From an uncultured Clostridia bacterium (lineage in GTDB: Bacteria; Bacillota; Clostridia; Christensenellales; CAG-314), in contig CAKPPA010000001.1 of NCBI GenBank assembly GCA_934177025.1, positions 1 to 32,376 on the forward strand: a stretch of 32,376 nucleotides of DNA, read 5' to 3'. The notes beneath the pieces are model-generated. The model saw nothing but the letters and a program-made list of their open reading frames with translations, ran no database searches and had not been told where the DNA came from. This document shows, piece by piece, positions 6,433 through 15,111 of this stretch. The number at the start of each line of letters is the position of its first letter. Positions within the stretch are counted from its first letter, which is position 1. A program made the position numbers and the translations under genes.

Positions 6433-8556
6433 ATGGAACGAACCTATTTTACTTGTGAAGAAATTGCAACAAAATGGAACATCTCCGAACGTCGCGTGCA
6501 GGAGCTTTGCGCCGAAAACCGCATCACGGGGGCGGTAAAAGTAGGCAACCGCTGGCAAATTCCGCAAAACGCACTTTGTCCGACCGACCTACGCAAGCAC
6601 ATCCCTTCGGGGCAAATGGATTTGTGGCAGGACGTCCTTTCCCTTGCCGATGCGGCGCAGGAATTGCACGTTTCGCCGGGAACCTTGCGGAATTGGGTGA
6701 AAGCCGAACGCATTGTACCTGCACTTCGCTCGGAAAACAAGTTATATTTTTTAAAAAAGGACGTGAATGCGCTAAAAACCGCTTCCACCTCCCGCCTCAA
6801 ACACCGCCGCAACAAAACGCGGACGGAGGGGCGCACGCTTTATGCGGAATATTTGGAGGAAACGCGCAACGTGCCGCTTGTCGAAAGCGTTTTGCAAAAA
6901 GCGGACGAATTGGACGAGGCGGACATCCGCATTGTGCTGGCGGAGTTTTCCTTAAAACTGTTTTGCCAAAAATTCGCCCTGCCCTGCCGCACCGTTGCGT
7001 TAACGGATTTTTTGGACGGAACGCTGTCGTTGCCGCTGTATCGGCCGCTGGTGGAGGAACTTTTGCCGCCGCACCCCGAAACGCGGATTACCAAACTAAC
7101 CGAAATTCTGTCGCAAACGCCGATGCTTTTCCCGAAGGAGGATTTCCTCGGGTTTTTGTACATTTCCTTAAAGCAACTGTCCGTCCGCAAGCAGGAAGGC
7201 ATTTACTACACCCCGGTTGCCGTGGTGCGCGAACTCCTGCAAAATGCGCATCCGACGCAAACCGACCGCATTTTGGATCCGTGCTGCGGCACGGGAAATT
7301 TCCTGATTTACTTTAGCGACGTTTTGTCGTCGCCGCAAAATTTGTACGGTTGGGACACGGATGAATGCAGCATTTTACTGCTACGCATTAACGTTGCGCT
7401 TCATTACCAAACGGCGGATTTAAAAACGCTGTACGAAAATTTTCGTTGTTTGGATTCGTTGGAACGTACCCCGAAGGAAACGTTCGACTACGTCCTTGGC
7501 AATCCGCCGTGGGGCGCGGCGTATCCCGCTTGCGTGTTCCGTCGCTTGGAAAAGCATTTTCAAACAGCCTCCACAAAGGAATCCTTCGACATTTTTACGG
7601 AATTTGCGTTCCTCTCCCTAAAACCGAACGGCGAACTGCTGTTTGTGCTGCCGCAAGCGGTAACAAACGTCGGCAAGCACCTGCCGTTACGCCGATTTTT
7701 ACTGCCACAAGCGGCGTTTTGCAGTGTAAAATTTTTGGACGGCTCCTTTTACGGGGTGCAATGCCCTGCACTTCTCCTCCACTTAAAAAAAGCGACGCCA
7801 ACCGTTGTCGGATGCGTCGTAACGTATGCGGATCGCGCCTTTGTCCTACAAAAAGAGCGCACGTTTACCGACGTTTTTGATTTTTCGGCGGACGATGCGG
7901 AAACGGAACTCCTGCAAAAAATGAGGGACGGCGTGCGGGAGTATTTGACCGACGCCGAATTTGCGCTCGGCATCGTGACGGGCGACAACGCCGCATTCCT
8001 TTCCGACAACCCTACAAACGGCGAGCCGGTGCTCAAGGGAAGCGACGTGTTCCGCTTTTCCCTAGGGGAACCGAAAACATATTTAACCTTTGCGCCGCAA
8101 AAATTTCAACAATGCGCCGAGGAAGGGAAGTATCGCGCGGCGGAAAAAATCGTTTACCGCTTTATTTGCAACACCCCCGTGTTTGCTTACGACAACGCAC
8201 AACGGCTGACGTTAAACAGCGCAAACATTTTCATTCCGCACTCCGAAACGCTTTCCATAAAGTATATCCTTGGCGTACTCAACGCCAAAACCACGCATTT
8301 TTACTGGAAAAAAACTTACGCCTCCGTAAAAATGCTTAAGTCGCACCTCAAAAGCATTCCCCTCCCCGTTGTAGAAAAGGACGTGCAGCAGCGCATCGAA
8401 GCATTGGTCGATGCCCTCCGAAATAAGGAAAACGTAACGGAAAATTACGAACGCCTGAATCGGGAAGTGTACGCTTTGTACGCCCTAACGCCGGAACAAA
8501 TCCTTTGTGTGGAAAACTCCGTAAAAAATCAAAACTTGTTTTTGGCGGAATCGTAA
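6433..8556 (+). CDS. solitary gamma-class N6-adenine DNA methyltransferase (Eco57I/TaqI-like) with two N-terminal HTH domains and a C-terminal TaqI-like specificity domain
   Basis: Two excisionase/MerR-like HTH units: YFTCEEIATKWNISERRVQELCAENRITGAVKVGNRWQIP and LSLADAAQELHVSPGTLRNWVKAERIV. MTase motifs: GIYYTPVAVV, motif I ILDPCCGTGNFL (7276..), motif IV GNPPWG (NPPW at 7501..7512), LKPNGELLFVLP. The TRD has GIVTGDNAAFL, LKGSDVFRF and ILGVLNAKTTHFYW. The ORF track start at TTG 6367 is replaced by ATG 6433. Confidence 0.85.
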   Translation: MERTYFTCEEIATKWNISERRVQELCAENRITGAVKVGNRWQIPQNALCPTDLRKHIPSGQMDLWQDVLSLADAAQELHVSPGTLRNWVKAERIVPALRSENKLYFLKKDVNALKTASTSRLKHRRNKTRTEGRTLYAEYLEETRNVPLVESVLQKADELDEADIRIVLAEFSLKLFCQKFALPCRTVALTDFLDGTLSLPLYRPLVEELLPPHPETRITKLTEILSQTPMLFPKEDFLGFLYISLKQLSVRKQEGIYYTPVAVVRELLQNAHPTQTDRILDPCCGTGNFLIYFSDVLSSPQNLYGWDTDECSILLLRINVALHYQTADLKTLYENFRCLDSLERTPKETFDYVLGNPPWGAAYPACVFRRLEKHFQTASTKESFDIFTEFAFLSLKPNGELLFVLPQAVTNVGKHLPLRRFLLPQAAFCSVKFLDGSFYGVQCPALLLHLKKATPTVVGCVVTYADRAFVLQKERTFTDVFDFSADDAETELLQKMRDGVREYLTDAEFALGIVTGDNAAFLSDNPTNGEPVLKGSDVFRFSLGEPKTYLTFAPQKFQQCAEEGKYRAAEKIVYRFICNTPVFAYDNAQRLTLNSANIFIPHSETLSIKYILGVLNAKTTHFYWKKTYASVKMLKSHLKSIPLPVVEKDVQQRIEALVDALRNKENVTENYERLNREVYALYALTPEQILCVENSVKNQNLFLAES

Positions 8557-8584
8557 TTTTTCCTCGGCTTCGGGGCTACCTCAC

Positions 8585-8677
8585 GTTACGAAAAAGTCGT
8601 CCGTGCGGCACAGTCGATTTGAATGGTCATCATGGTATCTTTCTACCGCAGGTTACAAAAAAGTCGTCGTGCGACAC
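8585..8677. repeat. two copies of a 26/27-nt direct repeat 67 nt apart
   Basis: gttacgaaaaagtcgtccgtgcggcac (8585..8611) and gttacaaaaaagtcgtcgtgcgacac (8652..8677). Confidence 0.7.
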
Positions 8678-8869
8678 CTCTGTCTCCTTCCCTTTTTCGT
8701 CAGACCCTTGTCGCAACGGCAAGGAAACCCGACGAACGGAAACAAAAAACCCAAAACCGAACGACGGTTTTTAAAAACCTCACTTCAAAAAACCAATCCG
8801 TACCCGTTGCAAAACAACCCCCGCAACAAACGTACGAAAAACAAGCCCTTCCCACCATTTACAAACTCA

Positions 8870-8912
8870 AAACGACAAAAAACAAGCGCACCTTCCCTTT
8901 TCGAAGTGTGCT
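8870..8912 (-). terminator. terminator of the 8953..9381 gene
   Basis: Minus strand has AGCACAC-loop-GTGCGCT (plus-strand arms 8885..8891 and 8906..8912) followed by TGTTTTTTGTCGTTTT. Confidence 0.6.
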
Positions 8913-8952
8913 CTTAACTTTTTTACAAAAATTTTTTCCTTTTCCGTCGGCG

Positions 8953-9381
8953 TTACTTTTGCTGTTCCGCCGTCATTCCGAACTTTTCGAGTAAAGTCTC
9001 CTTCACGTCTCCTACCGTTTCCTCTGCCGCTTTTCGCAACGTAGCATGGATTCGCCTTTCGTCCCACCCGAAAAAGGCTTTTGCGGCAAGTTGGCGTTCC
9101 GCCTCGTTTTCCGAAAGTTTTGCAACGTACCGTTCGGTTTTTCCGTCCCGCACCGCATCGAAGGCATAGCCTTCCTTTTTTAAAAAGCAGTACGTTTCCA
9201 TAAACGGCTTAACGTACCCGTAGGTGCGATCCACCACACGAAACGTGTCGGAGCCGCGCGCGCGTGTGTCCGCAACGACCAAAATACTCCCTTTCGGCGT
9301 TTTTTTAAAGCCGGATAACGCAAATCCCGCTATCACAAGGAGGATAACCCCCGCAACCAACAACAATCCCTGTGCACCCAT
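8953..9381 (-). CDS. hypothetical small membrane-anchored protein
   Basis: The internal ATG at 9381 is preceded by AAGGAGTAAGGAAAAC. The product, MGAQGLLLVAGVILLVIAGFAL..., has one N-terminal TM helix plus a roughly 115-aa soluble domain. The longer ORF (to 9513) only adds a K/R/E-rich translation of the purine-rich leader. Confidence 0.6.
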   Translation of the reverse strand: MGAQGLLLVAGVILLVIAGFALSGFKKTPKGSILVVADTRARGSDTFRVVDRTYGYVKPFMETYCFLKKEGYAFDAVRDGKTERYVAKLSENEAERQLAAKAFFGWDERRIHATLRKAAEETVGDVKETLLEKFGMTAEQQK

Positions 9382-9502
9382 GTTTTCCTTACTCCTTTCC
9401 CTTTCCTCGGCTGTCCCCCGTGAAACCCTACGATCCTGTCGGTTTTTTTCGCGTGCTTCCGTACGCCGAGCGGAACCCTTGTTCGAGTTTTTCGTTCCGC
9501 CG

Positions 9503-9595
9503 CTTTTCGGCACGGCTTTTTCCTACTTTTCGGCACGGCATTTCCCTACTTTTGGATGAAGTTTTTCCTGCTTTTCGGTTATGCCCGTTTTCCCC
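9503..9595. repeat. about four degenerate tandem repeats, period about 23 nt
   Basis: cttttcggcacggctttttcctac / ttttcggcacggcatttccctac / ttttggatgaagtttttcctgc / ttttcggttatgcccgttttcccc. Confidence 0.7.
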
Positions 9596-9616
9596 TTGGC
9601 TCCGTTTTGCGGGTTT

Positions 9617-9645
9617 ATTATACCTTGTTTCGCTTTTCGACGCAA
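9617..9645 (-). promoter_or_regulatory. candidate promoter giving a roughly 230-nt leader for the 8953..9381 gene
   Basis: Minus strand reads TTGCGT (9645..9640), 17-nt spacer, TATAAT (9622..9617). Confidence 0.5.
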
Positions 9646-9676
9646 CTTTTTCCTTTCGTCTCAAAAAAACCGACAC

Positions 9677-9700
9677 AAAAAAAGGAAGGTGTTCCTTCCT
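9677..9700 (-). terminator. nadE terminator (bidirectional shape)
   Basis: AGGAAGG (9683..9689) - TGTT - CCTTCCT (9694..9700), flanked by an A-run on one side and a T-run on the other, immediately after the nadE stop. Confidence 0.75.
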
Positions 9701-9706
9701 TTTTGG

Positions 9707-10444
9707 CTATTTTTCGGTTTTTTCGTAAATTTTCGCCGCTTCCCGCTTGTGTTCGGTGGCACGATGCATTTTAAAAAATTTTTCCTTGTTTTGCTCCGAC
9801 GCTTCGCCGTGTAAAATCCACCGATCGAGTTCCTGATAGGTAAAGCCCAAGTCCTCCTCGTCCGTTTGCCCTTCGAACAGTCCTGCCGACGGGGCTTTTT
9901 TCACAATGGATTCCGGCGCACCCAAAAACTTCAAAAACTCCGTTACTTCCGTTGCGCACAAATCCCCAATCGGGTTAAAGTCGTAAGCACCGTCCCCCCA
10001 TTTGGTAAAATAGCCGACGTACCGCTCCGAACGGTTTCCCGTCCCCGCAACCAAACTGTTTCGACTTTGCGCCACGGTGTAAAGCACCGTCATGCGCAAC
10101 CGCGGATTCACGTTTTGCAACGCCGCCGCACTCGGTGTCGGCTTTAACGGTAAGGCATCGCACAAAGCACGCTTCGTTGCCGTTACGTCCACGGTGTAAC
10201 TTTCAATGCCGTAGCGTTGCGCCAAAGCAAGGGCATCGACGGAATCCTCGCCGAAGTTTCGCGAACTTTCGCACGGCAAAAGAACCCCCAGCGTGTTGTC
10301 GCAGGCGGCTTTGCACAAAATGCCCGTCAAGGCGGAGTCCTTGCCGCCGCTGTTGCCGAACACAATGCCTTGAGCCCCACTTTGTTTCATCACGTTGCGA
10401 ATCCATTCCACGCGAAGTCGAAATTCTTCCTCGTAATTCCTCAT
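9707..10444 (-). CDS. nadE: NH3-dependent NAD+ synthetase
   Basis: PP-loop motif FGNSGGKDSA, 245 aa, SD GGAAGGAGAGG upstream of the ATG. Confidence 0.85.
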   Translation of the reverse strand: MRNYEEEFRLRVEWIRNVMKQSGAQGIVFGNSGGKDSALTGILCKAACDNTLGVLLPCESSRNFGEDSVDALALAQRYGIESYTVDVTATKRALCDALPLKPTPSAAALQNVNPRLRMTVLYTVAQSRNSLVAGTGNRSERYVGYFTKWGDGAYDFNPIGDLCATEVTEFLKFLGAPESIVKKAPSAGLFEGQTDEEDLGFTYQELDRWILHGEASEQNKEKFFKMHRATEHKREAAKIYEKTEK

Positions 10445-10574
10445 AACCTCTCCTTCCGTAACATTAACCCTTGCTTCCGGTTCGCCGGTTTAACGTTTGC
10501 CGCGGCGTTTCCCCCGCATGCCTTTTTGCGTTTTGCGGGCGTAGGAATGCTCCCTTTTTTGCCGCTATCGAAAC

Positions 10575-10597
10575 GGCGAAGCGACGGTCGCTTCGCC
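10575..10597 (-). terminator. perfect GC-rich palindrome downstream of the MFS gene, possible terminator
   Basis: GGCGAAGCGAC-G-GTCGCTTCGCC. On the minus strand only GTTTCG follows, so there is no strong T-run. Confidence 0.35.
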
Positions 10598-10682
10598 GCT
10601 CAAAGGTTTTTGTTTCAGGTTTTTGTTTTTTGAACCGAATCCTTCCATGTTTCGCTTCAATCGCTTTTTGCGTTCGACGAAA

Positions 10683-12221
10683 CTATTCGTTCAAGTCCGA
10701 ATCCGCAAAGGATTCCAGCCTGCTGGTTTTCGGCGGTTTGTTGTCGCCGTGCATTACGAACAACATGGTAACAATGGCAAGTGCCACGCACACCGCCCCG
10801 TAAGGGAACAATGCCGTCATGCCGAGTTTATCCATTAACGCACCGCTTAAAATCGGCGTTACGATTTGCGCCGCCATACTTGCGGTGTAGTAGTAACCGG
10901 TGTATTTGCCCACGTTGCCGCCTTTTGCCAATTCCACCACCATCGGGTAGGAGTTAACGTTGATGGACGCCCAGCCGATTCCTGCCATTGCAAACAGCAC
11001 GTACATAAAAATCGGGGAAGTTTCCGCCCGCACGAACACCGCGCCGACAAAAGCACACGTCAAAAGTCCAATGCCGCCCAAAATCGTTTTTTTCCGTCCG
11101 ATTTTGCTCGACAGCATTCCGATCGGAATAAACGCCACGATTGCCGCCGCTTGCGCCACGATTAACGTGGAGTTAAAGTCCTTGCTCAGCACCGCCCCCG
11201 CATACACGGAAAATTTGCTTGTTACGGCGTTGTAACCCATAAACCACAGCACGACGGACGCCAACAAAAACACCAACGAAACTTTTTGCCCTTTGTTGAG
11301 TTTCGCATCCGTTTGCTCTGTCGACTTTTCTTCCACGATGCCGTATTTTTCCGACTCCTCCTCCGCTTCGCGGACAAGTTTCGGTTCCTTGACTTTCCAC
11401 AAAAACACCGCAAGTGCAAGGAGCATAATCCCCGCGATGACCGCGAAAAACGCCGTGTAACTCATCAGCGAATTCGTCACTTTGCCCGTGCCGAACAGCA
11501 TCCCGAGCAGTAGCACGATAATGCCTCCCGCCGCCCCCATAAGATTAATGACGGCGTTTGCTTTACTTCGTAGCGGCTTCGGCGTAACGTCCGGCATCAA
11601 CGCCACCGCAGGCGAGCGGAACACCGACATACTAAGCAGCACCGCCACCAGCAAAATCATAAAAAACACCAGCGTCACAGGGTTTTCCACCGTTTGCTTC
11701 CACGCATAAGCCTGCCGTGCCGGCACGAAAAACTCGTTGTAAGCGGGATCCGCCACTTTTTTGCCGTCCACGACTTTCGTCCCGTCCAAACTGATTTCAA
11801 AAAATTCCGTTTTCGAAATTTGCGATTGCAGCGTCCCCTTCCCCGGGATTTCCGGATTCAGTTCCCACAAAATTTCATGCGCCGCTTCGGGATTTTTCAT
11901 TTCGTTTAAGCGAATCAACTGTGCGTTGTCCGCAAAGGACGTCCCGACGAACAGCACTGCCGCCAAAACGGTGCCGATGACGATAAACGGCGTACGTTTG
12001 CCGTGTTTCGTGTTGGTTTTGTCCGAAATCGAACCGAACAACGGCAACAGGAACAATGCCAAAATGTTGTCCAACGCCATAATGATTCCCGACGACGTTT
12101 GGTCCATACCGAACTGGTCGACCAAAATTTTCGGGATAATGGAATCATACGTCTGCCAAAACAGGCTGATGATGAAAAACGCCAGCCCGACGTAAAAGGT
12201 TTTTTTGTAATTTAGTTTCAT
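10683..12221 (-). CDS. MFS transporter, GPH/SLC45-like
   Basis: The ATG at 12221 is preceded by GGGGGAGAGG. The protein is polytopic. The loop motif SDKTNTKHGKRTPF resembles the GPH/SLC45 D-x-x-x-x-W-G-R-R-R-P-F signature. A long hydrophilic insert sits mid-protein. Confidence 0.75.
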   Translation of the reverse strand: MKLNYKKTFYVGLAFFIISLFWQTYDSIIPKILVDQFGMDQTSSGIIMALDNILALFLLPLFGSISDKTNTKHGKRTPFIVIGTVLAAVLFVGTSFADNAQLIRLNEMKNPEAAHEILWELNPEIPGKGTLQSQISKTEFFEISLDGTKVVDGKKVADPAYNEFFVPARQAYAWKQTVENPVTLVFFMILLVAVLLSMSVFRSPAVALMPDVTPKPLRSKANAVINLMGAAGGIIVLLLGMLFGTGKVTNSLMSYTAFFAVIAGIMLLALAVFLWKVKEPKLVREAEEESEKYGIVEEKSTEQTDAKLNKGQKVSLVFLLASVVLWFMGYNAVTSKFSVYAGAVLSKDFNSTLIVAQAAAIVAFIPIGMLSSKIGRKKTILGGIGLLTCAFVGAVFVRAETSPIFMYVLFAMAGIGWASINVNSYPMVVELAKGGNVGKYTGYYYTASMAAQIVTPILSGALMDKLGMTALFPYGAVCVALAIVTMLFVMHGDNKPPKTSRLESFADSDLNE

Positions 12222-12248
12222 GACCTCTCCCCCGTATGTGTTGACAAC

Positions 12249-12277
12249 AGTATAAAGGTTTTGCCGCAAGGAATCAA
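12249..12277 (-). promoter_or_regulatory. candidate promoter of the MFS gene
   Basis: Minus strand reads TTGATT (12277..12272), 17-nt spacer, TATACT (12254..12249), about 28 nt upstream of the ATG. Confidence 0.5.
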
Positions 12278-12440
12278 CGGTTTCCGAAAAACTTTTTGCG
12301 AATTTCCGTGAAAGTCGAACCGAAGTTCCTTTTGTTAAAAAAAAGGGCGGTTTTTCCGTCCTTTTTTTGCCATCGTTCCTTTTTTTTCGTTTTCTCTCCC
12401 ACCCTTTTTCGGTTTTGAAAAACGCTTTTTTTGAAGCAAC

Positions 12441-12465
12441 AAAAAACGTCCGCCAAAAGCGGACG
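12441..12465 (-). terminator. gcvH terminator
   Basis: CGTCCGC-CAAAA-GCGGACG (12447..12465). On the minus strand it is followed by TTTTTTGTTG and begins 5 nt after the gcvH stop. Confidence 0.8.
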
Positions 12466-12470
12466 GTTTT

Positions 12471-12836
12471 TTACTTTAACAATTTTTCGTATTCCTCGGC
12501 GGTCAGTAACCCTTCGCTTTCGGCATTCCTTACGGCGCAAATCCAATTCCCGTAAGCGTCGGCGTTCAACACTTCCGGCGTTTCGAACACCACTTCGTTA
12601 ATTTTTTCCACAATGCCGTTCACGGGGCTATCCAATTCGTTCAAGGTTTTGACGGACTCCAACTCCGCAAACGTTTCGCCTTGCTTCAGTTGTCGCCCCT
12701 CCTCCGGAAGGGAAGCAAACATCAACATCCCCAGCTGTTTTGCGGCGTAGTCCGTAATGCCGACGTACGTCAAGTCGCCGTCCCGCTTCACCCATTTGTG
12801 CGTTTTGGAATAAAGTAAATCCTTCGGTACGTTCAT
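12471..12836 (-). CDS. gcvH: glycine cleavage system H protein / lipoyl carrier
   Basis: 121 aa with lipoyl-lysine motif ELESVKTLNELDSPVNG. SD AAGGAGGGTG lies upstream. Confidence 0.85.
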   Translation of the reverse strand: MNVPKDLLYSKTHKWVKRDGDLTYVGITDYAAKQLGMLMFASLPEEGRQLKQGETFAELESVKTLNELDSPVNGIVEKINEVVFETPEVLNADAYGNWICAVRNAESEGLLTAEEYEKLLK

Positions 12837-12845
12837 ACACCCTCC

Positions 12846-14201
12846 TTATTGCGCATTCCGTGCGCATTCCGTCAAAATTTCGCACACCGTCGGGTGCGGA
12901 TAAACGGTTTTTAAAATGTCGTCGCGCGTCAATCGATTGACAATCGCCAGCGTCAGTTCCCCGATAAAATCCGTCGCGCGGTCGCACAGTAAGGACGCCC
13001 CCAAAATTCGCCCCGATTCCCGCTCGAACAAAACTTTGGCAAAGCCGCGGTCTTTACCGGAAATCACACACTTGCCGTTGCTGCTTAACGGGGCTTTGCC
13101 CACCACGTAGGCAAGGTTTTCCCTTTTGCATTGCTCCTCGTTTTTGCCCGTTTCCGCAATTTCCAACGACGTGTACACACAGCGCGGCATTGCGGAAAGA
13201 TCCTTGCCTTCCCGAATGCCTAACAAGTAATCCATTGCCGTTTCCGCCTGCGCCGCCGCGGCATGCGCCAACTGCATTTTGCCGTTGCAGTCGCCCACGG
13301 CGTAAACATGGGAATTGCTTGTGACAAAATTTTCGTCCGTCGTAATGCCGTTCGGGGTAAAAGCAACGTGCGCTTTTTCCAAATGCAGCCCCTCCAAATT
13401 CGGAATTCTGCCGGCACTGAACAAAACGAACTCCGTGTTTACCACGGTTTCGCCGGACGGCGTTTCAAACACCACGTCGAAGCCGGTTTCGGCTTTGCAA
13501 ATTTTTTTCGTTAAAGCACGGGTTAAAATGTTTACCTTTTCCCGACGGAACAAACTTGCGGTGTACTGCGACACGTCGCCGTCGAATCCTTTTAAAATGC
13601 GATCCGTCATTTCCGCAATCGTCACGTTTTTGCCGAATCCGCGGAAAGCGGAAGCAAACTCCGCCCCGATGACGCCGCCGCCAATAATCAGGATATTGTC
13701 CGGAATGGCAAGGTTTTGGAGCAGTAAGTCGTCGGAAACGTGCGCGAACTCAATTCCTTCGATTTCCGGCACGTAGGGTTTTGCTCCCACGGCCAGCACA
13801 ATGTCGTCGCCTTTTACCAGCCGATTCGCTTGTTTTAGGCGTAGCACGTTTTCGTCCGCAAACTCCGCTTCGTCCGTAATCATTTCGATTCCGGCGTTTT
13901 GCAGCATGCCGACAAGCCCGTCGCGTAGCCGCTTTACCACGCCGTTGCGGTACTCCGCAATTTTTGTAAAGTCCGCTTTCGGTTCGCACAAAATGCCGAA
14001 TTGCTCCCCGCGCGACGCTTCGCGGAACAGTTCCGCACTATGCACAAACGCCTTGGTCGGAATGCACCCTTTGTTTAAGCAGGTGCCGCCCCATTCGGTT
14101 TTTTCGATGAGTGCCACGCTCAAGCCGTTTTTCGCCGCTTTTAATGCCGCCGTGTAGCCGCCGATGCCGCCGCCCACCACAATTAAATCAAACTGTTTCA
14201 T
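12846..14201 (-). CDS. lpd: dihydrolipoyl dehydrogenase
   Basis: FAD fold VVGGGIGGY, redox disulfide CLNKGCIPTK, NAD fold IIGGGVIGAEFA, C-terminal HPHPT motif. Confidence 0.85.
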   Translation of the reverse strand: MKQFDLIVVGGGIGGYTAALKAAKNGLSVALIEKTEWGGTCLNKGCIPTKAFVHSAELFREASRGEQFGILCEPKADFTKIAEYRNGVVKRLRDGLVGMLQNAGIEMITDEAEFADENVLRLKQANRLVKGDDIVLAVGAKPYVPEIEGIEFAHVSDDLLLQNLAIPDNILIIGGGVIGAEFASAFRGFGKNVTIAEMTDRILKGFDGDVSQYTASLFRREKVNILTRALTKKICKAETGFDVVFETPSGETVVNTEFVLFSAGRIPNLEGLHLEKAHVAFTPNGITTDENFVTSNSHVYAVGDCNGKMQLAHAAAAQAETAMDYLLGIREGKDLSAMPRCVYTSLEIAETGKNEEQCKRENLAYVVGKAPLSSNGKCVISGKDRGFAKVLFERESGRILGASLLCDRATDFIGELTLAIVNRLTRDDILKTVYPHPTVCEILTECARNAQ

Positions 14202-15111
14202 TTGCTCCTCCGATCCAATCCTTTAAATCCCGATACATTTCCCGTTCCGTTTCCTTTTGCAAATTTTTGTCGGTGCCGTTTTTCCATGCCGCTGCGGCAT
14301 TTCGAAAGGACTCCGCATCCATCGCGTCCGAATAAACCGTCGCTCCCGCTACTTCCGCCGTCCCCCAGCCGAACCGCCGCACCAAGCCGCTTTCGTCCGT
14401 TTCCGGCACGGACGCACGCTTTAACGCCGCAGCAAACGGTTCCGTCCCCGTCGGGAGTGCCCTCGGCGTTCCGTCAAACCGCAAACAAAATTGTTCCAGC
14501 ACGGTGTTTTTCCACTTTTCCACCGTCAGCGACGGCACGCTTTCCGTCAAATTTTGCACACGCGCGCGAACGGATGCCACCCCGTGCGCCGCACGTTTTT
14601 CCGCCGACGGCGTCAGGCATTTTCGCATTTTTTCCAAATTGACCGCAATTAAAAAGGTTCCGTGCAACAAGGTTTTGTTCCCCTGCTTGCGGTACGCACA
14701 GCCCGACACCTTTTTTCCGTTGACCGTCAAATCGTTTCGCCCCGATTTTTCCATTTGCAAGCCGAACGCCGAAAACACGGCGACAATTCCTTCCCAAAAC
14801 AATGCTTCCTCCGCAGGGCGGAAAAAAAGAAAGGAAAAATTTAAATTCCCTTCGTCCTGAAACACCGCGCCCCCGCCGCTTTGCCGACGGCAAACGGCAA
14901 CGCCGTGTTCCTTTGCGTAATGCAAATCGCACTCCGACGAAATGCGTTGGTTTTTGCCAACCACCACGCAGTCGGCGTTTTGCCACAAAAACAGCGTCGG
15001 AAGGGACGCCGTTTCGAACAATGCCGCTTCCGTCGCAAGGTTTTGCCAAGGATCCGTGCAAACGGATTCCAAAAATTCCGCCGATGGTTTTGTTTTCACG
15101 GGTTTTCGCAC
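14188..15111 (-). CDS. lplA: lipoate-protein ligase A
   Basis: Motifs RRQSGGGAVFQDEGNLNFSF and NGKKVSGCAYR (lipoyl-AMP lysine). GTG start at 15111. It overlaps lpd by 14 nt and the upstream gene by 16 nt. Confidence 0.8.
   Translation of the reverse strand: MRKPVKTKPSAEFLESVCTDPWQNLATEAALFETASLPTLFLWQNADCVVVGKNQRISSECDLHYAKEHGVAVCRRQSGGGAVFQDEGNLNFSFLFFRPAEEALFWEGIVAVFSAFGLQMEKSGRNDLTVNGKKVSGCAYRKQGNKTLLHGTFLIAVNLEKMRKCLTPSAEKRAAHGVASVRARVQNLTESVPSLTVEKWKNTVLEQFCLRFDGTPRALPTGTEPFAAALKRASVPETDESGLVRRFGWGTAEVAGATVYSDAMDAESFRNAAAAWKNGTDKNLQKETEREMYRDLKDWIGGANETV

Noticed and set aside
7274-7281. GGATCC (BamHI-type) site inside methyltransferase motif I
   Set aside because: This is a coincidental hexamer created by the Leu-Asp-Pro codons. 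There is no evidence that it relates to the enzyme's specificity.
4941-9381. Restriction endonuclease partner for the methyltransferase among the neighbouring genes
   Set aside because: The GNAT-like protein and the 142-aa membrane-anchored protein show no PD-(D/E)xK, HNH or GIY-YIG motifs that I can see. The methylase is therefore called solitary, pending profile searches.
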